Of a DNA stretch of 64,000 nt, positions 42,901-47,791 are shown one piece after another (within the stretch, counting starts at the first letter, position 1; the number at the start of each line of letters is the position of its first letter). Source of the stretch: Alphaproteobacteria bacterium. Its GTDB lineage: Bacteria; Pseudomonadota; Alphaproteobacteria; UBA828. Where the stretch lies: NCBI GenBank assembly GCA_963667785.2, contig CAXXMU010000002.1, positions 672,001-736,000 on the forward strand, given 5' to 3'. Made by a program: the position numbers and the translations under genes. The notes under the pieces were generated by a model. That model ran no database searches, was not told the origin of the DNA, and worked only from the letters and a program-made list of their open reading frames with translations.

Positions 42901-44141
42901 GTCGCCGAGGTCGCCGTGCCCAGCTCGGCATTGGACGAGGGGTTCGAGATCGTGAGCGTGAGCGTCTCGTCGGATTCGTCGATGGAATCCTGGGTGGTGG
43001 CGATGCTGATCGCGGTCTCGGTCTGCCCGGCCTCGATCGTCGCCGTCTCGCCGCTTTCGGCGGTGAAGTCGCTCGCGGACGCGGTGTCGCCGGTGCCGAT
43101 CGACGTGCTGTATTCCACCGTGACGTCGGTGTCCGTCACGAACCTGAGGCTGACGGTGAAGCTCAGGTTCGCGCCTTCGGTGGCCGACGCGCCGGCCACG
43201 CTGACGGCCGGCTTGCCGTCGCCGTCGAGAATCGTTCCGGTGGCGGACTTGACGGTCCCGAGGTCGGCATTGGACGAGGGGTTGGACAACGTCACGGTGA
43301 AGGTTTCGTCGGCCTCGTCGACGCTGTCTTCGGTCGTGGCGATGCTGAATTCGGCGACGGTGTCTCCGGCGGGGATGGTGAGCGTCTGGGACGAGGCGGC
43401 CGTGTAGTCCGTTCCCGCGATCGCGGTAACGTCGCCGGTGTCGTACTGCACCGTCACCACGCCATCGGTCGCATTGTCGAGGGAGACGGCGAACCGCACG
43501 GGGCTGCCCTCGAGCGCGGACGCTGCGGCGATGCTCAGCGTCGGGTTGGCGTTCTTGTAACCGCGAATGTCGATCCGCAGGGGGTCGGCTGCGGTGTTCC
43601 AGGAGGTTCCGCTTTGCTGCAGACGGGCATTTCCGATGCTCCAGCCCGGCAGCGACGTGCTGTCCTCCCCACGCGAAGCCGTCTTTCCCCACCCTTGCCA
43701 GTCGCTCTGTGCCTGCTCCTCGTTCAGGACGATCCAGTAGGTGGTGTTCGCCTGCAGGATCGTGTTTGCCGGAGCCGCGTAGGCGAAGAAGTCCCCCGGC
43801 ACGTAAGCGTCGTCGGGAGTCGCGAGCGCGGCCACCAGGGTGCCCGGCCGGCCGGCGCTGTCTTCCTTGATGGCGACGAACGTGCCCGAGTCGCCCGCGA
43901 AGTCGCGAAACGGCAGGAGGCTGATGGAGGAGAGCGTGTATCCGGTGCCGTGCGGGCCGGTGGTGAAGCTCTGGGCCTGGATCGACGGGGTGGCGCCGGA
44001 GAGAGCGCTCTGGCCCGTGTTCGAGACGAGCGTATCGACCGTCTGTGCCCGGGCGGTGGCGGCGAACAGGCCTGCGAGGCACAGGATGAGGCAGACCGGG
44101 AGCAGGACGCGTGTCGCCAGCGGCGGAATGGACAAACACAT
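30987..44141 (-). CDS. Giant (4384 aa) autotransporter-type surface adhesin with multiple Calx-beta, cadherin-like beta-sandwich, FN3 and SwmB-like domains
   Basis: Signal peptide (..LFAATARA-Q); repeated ATEG..VEF.V.L..V.VQY.T..DE.DETFTLTLSNP..ATGTI.DDD (Calx-beta); FN3 (W..YKVQW..YTVRVLA); SwmB-like (VDGTELVLAF..VTLTL..V..VTVGY..KDRWGNEAA); C-terminal beta-barrel ending in W. Confidence 0.88.
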   Translation of the reverse strand: MCLSIPPLATRVLLPVCLILCLAGLFAATARAQTVDTLVSNTGQSALSGATPSIQAQSFTTGPHGTGYTLSSISLLPFRDFAGDSGTFVAIKEDSAGRPGTLVAALATPDDAYVPGDFFAYAAPANTILQANTTYWIVLNEEQAQSDWQGWGKTASRGEDSTSLPGWSIGNARLQQSGTSWNTAADPLRIDIRGYKNANPTLSIAAASALEGSPVRFAVSLDNATDGVVTVQYDTGDVTAIAGTDYTAASSQTLTIPAGDTVAEFSIATTEDSVDEADETFTVTLSNPSSNADLGTVKSATGTILDGDGKPAVSVAGASATEGANLSFTVSLRFVTDTDVTVEYSTSIGTGDTASASDFTAESGETATIEAGQTETAISIATTQDSIDESDETLTLTISNPSSNAELGTATSATGTIEDDDTAGLVFSAPILGVTEGAGSSYTVALTTKPSATVSVSIAAGGDSGLTLGTSQLSFTPTNWDEPQTVSVSADHDDDASLGSATLTHTASGGDYGSVAATLPVAVTDDDTPAIVLSQTALPVPEDGSATYTVALATLPTEKVTLELAGTAGTDLTVAPSAIEFEPGDWDTPVTVTVEAAADLDADNDPETLTYTASGGDYGGVSASVAVEVVDTVAASIVLNKTRLHVKEGGAAVAYRVALGLQPASDVTVQVTRVNGAPLFIGTSSASGQSATLTFTPDNWDQSQRIVVAASSNVVTGNREHELRHRAAGGGYGSAPVVDLPVLIEDENAQKSYVFSETALSLAEDGTTSYTLKLGKRPSANLGVTIAGGGSSLTVEPDSLSFTRDNWNDGQTVTVTAAAQVSAQDATKTLTHTGDGGGYDSGALAAGELPVTIVRDVPKIADTGGVTVTSRPLHTGNTYASGETIALSVKFDRDVVVDTGNGSPHLEVDIGSSSRNVGYAGMAGNRTLTFEYVVQSGDLDSDGISVGDDALALNGATIRAGADQRDAELGGTALSTQGGHRVDGSQTLAAATLASLGLAHGTTSLDLTPPFASGTTAYEATVSASVEFVTVSASAAGGGNARILPADADSNATGHQVRIDGAETEITVTAVRAPRPDGTYTLTVSQVRPSVSIAADVSTLAFHLQGFTLTVTRAAATAEALAVNLAFTQDQDFLPSSKLSRTVTIPANQTSATLTLEPGDFTGGATADGTLTASIASHSTYAIGSDGSASVAMVAADPAITVRPSSAAHVFPEDSGTHSIGFVAETAAGVPEPAGISFRLIVSTQNGTAVGNLDYEALGTSFVSFQASDFAAQDGRYVATKSVDVTLTDDDLVEGNEGFSLRLIKNNFPAAVALAGSDGSTCGTVCAWNIVIVDDDSPPAQVTGVALTPAGGSLGVSWDGVLGADGYKVQWKSGDQTFATASSDGREASISSGSTTSHTIPSLTDGTDYTVRVLAVRGSLEGAWSTEVAGRPDLPTLTVAAASATEGAAVEFTVSLSRAAASAVMVQYDTSIESGDTASADDFTAASGETLTIDAGQTSGTASIATTGDTADEDDETFTLTLSNPSSNAVLGTARSATGTIVDDDVTAASVASVTFTDVPSSGSYGLGDSIEVSVTFDAAVDVTGTPRVGLSMDGTDASASYAAYDAGASSATVLVFRKTVTAADDDDTDGIGVPDDALELNGGSIVNQGTAVAAALGHAAVSNGATVATRWIEGIAVTSTPTVPETVTGDPIYGPGETVRLTVTFENAVTVDTASGTPALKIVAGSGGRQDAEYESGSGSTALVFAWAVPAAVAGDGTPIGVPSNTAADRTLLTNGGLVLNGGTIEDAGARAVNVRHGSYATDSLVDTTGPVVATGPAGAVVDATELVLSFERASGVPDHLDEDSEPAPGDFTVTVLSVGTRTVSGVDVDSATVTLALASPVGHAQTVTVGYAPGTDRIKDRWGNEAAGFSGRAVRNDSPEPTLSIASVTVDEDDGAAAFAVTLDVASGEEVTVDYATSDVTTTGGSDYTAASGTLRFAAGDTSETITVTLGDDALSEGDETFKVTLSNAANASIANGEATGTITDDEGTPTVTIADASATEGDAVEFAVTLSPASQTDVTVQYATTDGSATADSAHADGADYTAPASNATLTIAAGKTSETISVATGDDTADEDDETFTLTLSGPSSNAALGSPKTATGTIEDDDTDPAVVTNVAFTSRPSNNVYDLGDVIEVSVTFDIAVEVGGTPRVKLYFIDAHRLNEYAYYDAASSTERVLVFKRVVTGNDDDDSSVRVATNGLQRNGGTIRNKGTTVDARLDHAFHSSGLSLDTRWVKSVAVTSTPTVPETVTGDPVYGPGETVRFTVTFENAVDVDETNGTPALKFRSGSDSTVHTAPYESGTGTTALVFAWTVPAQVPGDGAALVVPTNVRGIGLNGSSGLTLGGGTIENDDGIAVNIRHRQRTAAARVDTTGPVLASAADGATVDGTELVLAFERASGVAEHLNENSAPAPGAFQVAVAGASRSVTGVDVDGATVTLTLVSPVGHAQTVTVGYTPGTDRIKDRWGNEAAQFTGRTVRNGSPEPAISIASATAAENAGKVAFAVTLDVASGEAAAVDYVTSDDTAEAGSDYTAASGTLEFAVGETAKTIEVALVDDSVGEGNETFKVTLSNASNATLAAAMATGTITDDETPTLTIANASATEGDAVEFTVTLDPVASRDVTVQYGTSDGTATSDSQHEDGADYTAPAGGATLTISAGQASKTVSISTGSDTAHEDDETFTLTLSNPSSNAALGTPKTATGTILNDDAASTDASLTSLTVKVGSSDVALTPAFASGTYSYEGEVENTAATVSVAVATSHRKARVAIAGDDDTSTPNQADLAMAFGENTVTVTVTAEDGETEQAYTIELTRAAPVIEWEHTGLYKGEDAGDVEIGVILTPALGEAVSVDYATLSSSHGLPGEDYTPVSDTLTFAPGETRKTFTLSILDDSVYEPAGAGNVTLALSNPTDPAVFGINGTILVVLVGPDNESPPTATMEDVSVDEDAGTMTFVLELSHPVEGEVVYRTQSNRVQGTATAVADYERFVEFGVDADISIPSRQTSASFQVTIVDDDIDEEDETLAIDWRLSWSGVAPTATNAVNVTGTIVDDDTRGVTVSQTALPVPEGDTATYTVVLDSEPTGTVTVTPSRTSGDTDVTVSGALTFTPSTWDTEQTVTVSAAEDADAVNDTATVSHAVAGADYGSETASDVAVTVADDEAAPDIPGRVTGLTTDATASRVALSWTAPSPGTVVGYRVEASYDGGSSWAEVMADTGGTGTAYTHRSGLMAGETRHYRVSAIFGGGGGTGPASDAAEANATIAVGGLTVTGLAVEDAPHGMPTVDLCWKPTDVAASDLGSFAIQKRKLHPSMPGEWSDEVFSPWSPSDAADCEAGSIGLRVSSGIVANVRYAFRMRARHGGGWALSNDAEAASVDMARDVRTEVMAGNSGEAGDTEVPATVCRDYDDPATPENDAGTFIVNIGFTTGPELFLYYEEVDGFVLGDDVTLVNASAQLIDRPYSRNLGYRIRVTPTDWGQPVTVSVPAGAATHAETGTPNLASNVFRRNTSDSTDCDASSTATLYRPLIRTVEILDDDDRNGNWAAGEHVGVAIDFREDVVVATEGGVPSVTLTVDGETVQAPYARGSGGETLVFEHAVTAAQSPVYSVAVLADSLTLNGGTIGSPNGPSAQLGHAGATKESRRPPPPTPGPSLTAQWAKFPPGHSGDGMKFVVRVKFSEPVTVSARSLRNHALTVTDGVIDGLWQVANGSGEKKGDLWAIRVMPTSTRPLALTLAATPDCAAQGAICTADKRPLSRSISLSVPGPGHEITVADAEVQEGPGAALGFVVTLSGTAPYRVKVDYRTADGTATAGLDYTAVSGRLIFERGETSKTVSVPVLDDTIDDDGETLTLVLSNPKRAMIVDGEAVGTIRNSDAMPQAWLARLGRTVADQVLAAVEDRLASAPVAETELSIAGQRVDGSAASDDAEAREAEAGLETLAGWLGGGSDEDEARGFTSRQVTGRDLLTGTSFTLTGRTAEDGVTAVWGRGTVGRFHGREGALALDGEVLSSMLGADWTQGAGTAGVLIAHSRGEGGFQAESGGGEVSSTLTGVYPYGRLALNERVSLWGVSGYGAGTLALKPEGSASLDADIDLAMAAAGVRGVVRDGGDGGATVALTADGMIVRTGSESIAGLTSSTADVTRLRLGIEGSRPLPLKGGALLTPSVEIGLRLDGGDAETGLGADTGAAIVWEEPARGLRAEVRGRGLLTHADGHLRERGFAGSLVWNPTPASGLGPSLTVRQTIGASPSGGMDALLSRETLAGLAANDNGADSARRFEVTLGYGLPVPGGRFIGTPEIGLGLTDVGREYRLGWGLGLARHGRASLDLGLEGTLHESANEDREPEHRIGFTLRARW
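36250..39840 (-). repeat. About 1.8-kb intragenic tandem duplication in the adhesin
   Basis: Matching blocks at 1800-bp offset, e.g. 36311/38111 CGTTGCTCAGCGTGACCTTGAAGGTCTCGT and 36631/38431 CAGCGGTCCTTGATCCTGTC. Confidence 0.85.
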
Positions 44142-44228
44142 GGTCGGCTGGTCCTGATGAAACGATACGGGACGAGGGGTGCGAGGCGCGCCGGCGGGGT
44201 GTCGGCCCGTCTCGAAGCGCGACGGGAG

Positions 44229-44291
44229 TTATGGCGGTGGCGGGTGGGAAGGCGGCACGGCAGGCGAACTCATTTCCTCAAGGCTGTGCAT
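44229..44291 (-). CDS. Putative proline-rich leader peptide MHSLEEMSSPAVPPSHPPPP (alternative start at 44414)
   Basis: GGAG 6 nt upstream of the ATG at 44291; ends PPPP-TAA in frame with, and 29 sense codons before, the adhesin ATG. Confidence 0.4.
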   Translation of the reverse strand: MHSLEEMSSPAVPPSHPPPP

Positions 44292-45131
44292 GACATTCTC
44301 CGCACCCGATTGGCCCGACGGACAGCGCGCCACATGCGTCTCCCTCCGCTTGAGGAAGCCTTCGCAGGCAGGAGAAACATTCGTCGTCACGAACAGTCCG
44401 GAATTGTTTTTCATGAGCTCGCTCGCAGCCTCCTACTCGTTGGCAGCAGCGGTGACTCTCCCTTTTTGGAAACCAAGCAACGCTCTCTTTGGGCCTGTCG
44501 TTGACGGAGCGCCGGGCCGCTCTGTTGGCGGCGCCAAGAGAGCGGGACGAGGCGCGCAGTCTCTGGGTCGGGAGACGCGGATGTCGTTGAAGCACCGACA
44601 GAACAGGGACGTTTGAAACGCGAGCGTTCGCGGCGCTTCGGGATGCCGCAACCCGATTCGCTGGCCGACCCTTTCGAGGCAGCGGGTGCCGCAAGCTCCG
44701 CGCCAGCCAACCCGGTGTGCCCGGGGAGGGCCGTTTTTCCACTGCTTCTCCCAACGCTTTCAACGCGTGTTGCCATAAAGAACCTCGACCCTCGACAGCA
44801 GGAGTCCGTCCTTCGGATTTTCCTTCGCCAGAATCGTTGCCGGCGCGGGAGAATAGACGCTCCGTTCGCGCGGGCGCTTCCCCAACATTGGGGATTTTCG
44901 GGAAAAAATTTGCTGCGGGGCATCAGGTAAGACCGGCGAGGCTGAAGATCGTTTCAGCGCTGAGCGGCGATTGCTCCCGCCTGCGCCCGAGCGGGCGACG
45001 AGAGGCGAGCGGCCCAAGGGGATGCGACAGGACGGAGCAAGTCCGGGTCGCCCTCTTGGCGAACGCGACGCCGGCGGGTACCTTCCCGCCATGCGGCCCG
45101 GCCCGGCCGAATCGACTGCGCGGAGGACGTC

Positions 45132-46967
45132 ATGGGATGGCAAGGCAGACTGTTACGCGTCGACCTCACCGCCGGCTCCTGCACCGAGGAGCCTCTCAAC
45201 ATGGAGTGGGCACAGTCTTACCTGGGCAGCAGGGGCCTTGCCAGCAAGTATCTCGTGGAGGAGATGGACCCGAAGGCGGATCCGCTCTCGCCCGATAACA
45301 AGCTCATCTTCGCCACCGGCCCGCTGACCGGAACCACGGCGCCGACCGGCGGCCGCTACACGGTCGTCACCAAGGGCGCGCTGACCAACGCCATCGCCTG
45401 CTCCAACTCGGGCGGCTACTTCGGCGGCGAGCTGAAGCTCGCCGGCTGGGACATGGTGATCTGCGAGGGCCGCTCGCCGCGCCCGGTCTATCTCTACATC
45501 AAGGACGACCACGCCGAGCTCGTCGACGCCGAGGGCTTCGTCTGGGGCAAGTCGGTGTGGGATACCGAGCCGCTGATCAAGGCGCGCCACCAGGACGGCG
45601 CCATCAAGATCGCCTCCATCGGCAGGGCAGGGGAGACGCTGTGCCGCTACGCCTGCGTGATGAACGACCTCGACCGCGCCGCCGGGCGCTCCGGCGTCGG
45701 CGCCGTGATGGGGTCCAAGAACCTGAAGGCGATCGCCGTGCGCGGCACACGCGGCGTCGCGGTGGATGACGACGACGCCTTCGCCGAGGCCACGGACGCG
45801 GCCCAGGCGAAGCTCGCGGCAAGCCAGACCCGCGCCGACCTCGCGCGCACCGGCACGCTCTCCATGATCGACGTCACCCAGGCCTTCGGCAGCCTGCCCA
45901 CCCGCAACAACCGGGACGTGCAGTTCGAGGGCACCGACAACCTCGGCCCCGACGCGATGGCGAAGGTGCGGCGCTCCGACGGCTCCGCCAATCTGGTCGC
46001 GAACCGCGCCTGCTTCGCCTGCACCATCGGCTGCCAGCGCGCCTCCAAGATGGATCCCTCGCACTTCGCGGCTCGGGGCGAGGGCAGGGAGCGCTACCGG
46101 AAGGTGAGCGGCGGGCTCGAGTACGAATCGGCCTATTCGCTCGGCCCCATGGTGGGCGTGGACGACATCGAGGCCGCGACCTTCGCCAACTTCGTCTGCA
46201 ACGAGGACGGGATGGACCCGATCTCCTTCGGCGCCACCGTCGCCGCGGCGATGGAGCTCTACGAGGAGGGCGCGATCGGCGACGCGGAGACCGGCGGCGT
46301 CGCCTACACCTTCGGCTCGGCCGAGGCGCTCTGCCACGCGGCGGAGCAGGCCGGCACCGGCACCGGGTTCGGCAAGGATCTCGGCCTCGGCGCCAAGCTG
46401 CTCTGCGAGAAGTACCGCCGGCCGGAGTTCGCCATGGTCGCCAAGGGGCAGGAGTTCCCCGGCTACGACGGTCGCTCCATGCAGGGCATGGGGCTCGCGT
46501 ATGCCACCAGCAACCGCGGCGCCTGCCACCTGCGCGCCGACCCCTACGAGGACGACTTCTCCGGCGGCAAGCTGGAGGGCAAGGCGAAGATCGTGAAGGA
46601 CAGCCAGGATTCGAACGCCGCCATCGATTCGGTCGGCATCTGCGCCTTCCCCATGATGATCTGGGGGCTGGAGGACGTGGCCAGCCTGGTCGATTCCGCC
46701 TGCGCGGGCGAGTGGACCGTGGACCGGCTGAACGAGACCGGCGAGCGCATCTGGAACATGGAGCGCCAGTTCAACCTCGACGCCGGCATGACCGCGGCCG
46801 ACGACACGCTGCCGCAGCGCATCCTCAAGGAGGCGGTGAAGAGCGGCTCCGGCAAGGGCAAGGTCTGCGAGCTCGACACCATGCTGCCGCAGTACTACGA
46901 GCTGCGCGGCTGGACCGACGACGGGCGGCCGACGGCGGAGACCATGCAGCGGCTCGGCCTCGGATGA
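45132..46967 (+). CDS. aor: Tungsten-containing aldehyde:ferredoxin oxidoreductase family protein
   Basis: LLRVDLT, GPLTGT, SNSGG.FG.ELK.AG.D, AAGRSGVGAVMGSKNLKA, CFACTIGC, EYE, RGACH. Confidence 0.92.
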   Translation: MGWQGRLLRVDLTAGSCTEEPLNMEWAQSYLGSRGLASKYLVEEMDPKADPLSPDNKLIFATGPLTGTTAPTGGRYTVVTKGALTNAIACSNSGGYFGGELKLAGWDMVICEGRSPRPVYLYIKDDHAELVDAEGFVWGKSVWDTEPLIKARHQDGAIKIASIGRAGETLCRYACVMNDLDRAAGRSGVGAVMGSKNLKAIAVRGTRGVAVDDDDAFAEATDAAQAKLAASQTRADLARTGTLSMIDVTQAFGSLPTRNNRDVQFEGTDNLGPDAMAKVRRSDGSANLVANRACFACTIGCQRASKMDPSHFAARGEGRERYRKVSGGLEYESAYSLGPMVGVDDIEAATFANFVCNEDGMDPISFGATVAAAMELYEEGAIGDAETGGVAYTFGSAEALCHAAEQAGTGTGFGKDLGLGAKLLCEKYRRPEFAMVAKGQEFPGYDGRSMQGMGLAYATSNRGACHLRADPYEDDFSGGKLEGKAKIVKDSQDSNAAIDSVGICAFPMMIWGLEDVASLVDSACAGEWTVDRLNETGERIWNMERQFNLDAGMTAADDTLPQRILKEAVKSGSGKGKVCELDTMLPQYYELRGWTDDGRPTAETMQRLGLG

Positions 46968-47206
46968 AGGTGACGGTGGAGCTCGTTGCCATCGAGCTCC
47001 CCCAGTTCGGCAGCGCGAAGAGCCGCAGCCTCGATCTGGCGGCGGGTGCGAGCGTCGCGGACGCGCTCTCGGGCCTCGGCGTGGACGGCGATCCGGCGCT
47101 GCTCGCTATGGTGAACGGCGAGGCCGTCCCCCGCGATCAGTGGCCCGAAACCCCGCTCTCGGCCGACGACACCATCAGCCTCTTCCGGCCGTTCAAGGGA
47201 GGCTAA
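46964..47206 (+). CDS. MoaD/ThiS family sulfur carrier
   Basis: VNGE, C-terminal PFKGG; ATGA overlap with the aor stop. Confidence 0.85.
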   Translation: MKVTVELVAIELPQFGSAKSRSLDLAAGASVADALSGLGVDGDPALLAMVNGEAVPRDQWPETPLSADDTISLFRPFKGG

Positions 47207-47281
47207 GCCGGCGCGTCCGGCCTCGCCGGGCGTGACACCGTGGGGGAACGGGCGGGTTACATCGAGATCGCGCTGCGGCCG

Positions 47282-47767
47282 TCAGCCGCCGGCCCGGCTC
47301 AGGTCCTTGACCGCCTCCAGCACCTTCTCCACGTGGCCGGCCACCTTCACCTTGCGCCAGACCTCGGCAACGGTGCCGTCGGCGTCGATGAGGAAGGTCG
47401 CGCGCTCGATGCCCATGTAGGTCTTGCCGTAGTTCTTCTTCTCCACCCAGACGCCGTAGCGCTCGCAGATGTCGCTCTCGGCATCGGAGACGAGGGTGAA
47501 GGGGAGGCCGTACTTGTCGCGGAACTTGTCGTGCTTCGCGGGGGTGTCCTTGGAGACGCCGACGATCTCGGCGCCGGCCGCCGCGAACGCGGGCAGGGCT
47601 TCGGTGAACTCCTGCGCTTCGCGGGTGCAGCCCGGCGTGTCGTCGCGGGGGTAGAAGTAGAGCACCACCGCCTTGCCGCGCAGGCTTTCGAGGCTGAGCG
47701 AGCCGCCGCCGTCGGTGGGCGCCGTGAATGCGGGCGCAGGCTGGCCCGCGTCGATTACCGTCGTCAT
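47282..47767 (-). CDS. bcp: Bacterioferritin comigratory peroxiredoxin
   Basis: VVLYFYPRDDTPGCT, YGKTYMGIERATFLID. Confidence 0.93.
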   Translation of the reverse strand: MTTVIDAGQPAPAFTAPTDGGGSLSLESLRGKAVVLYFYPRDDTPGCTREAQEFTEALPAFAAAGAEIVGVSKDTPAKHDKFRDKYGLPFTLVSDAESDICERYGVWVEKKNYGKTYMGIERATFLIDADGTVAEVWRKVKVAGHVEKVLEAVKDLSRAGG

Positions 47768-47791
47768 GTGCGACTTCCCCTCGTTTTCCCG

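Noticed and set aside
44899-44914. GG-N10-GC sigma54-like promoter upstream of aor
   Set aside because: Spacing and TTGC fit, but the -24 element (CGGGAAA) is far from TGGCACG; too weak to call.
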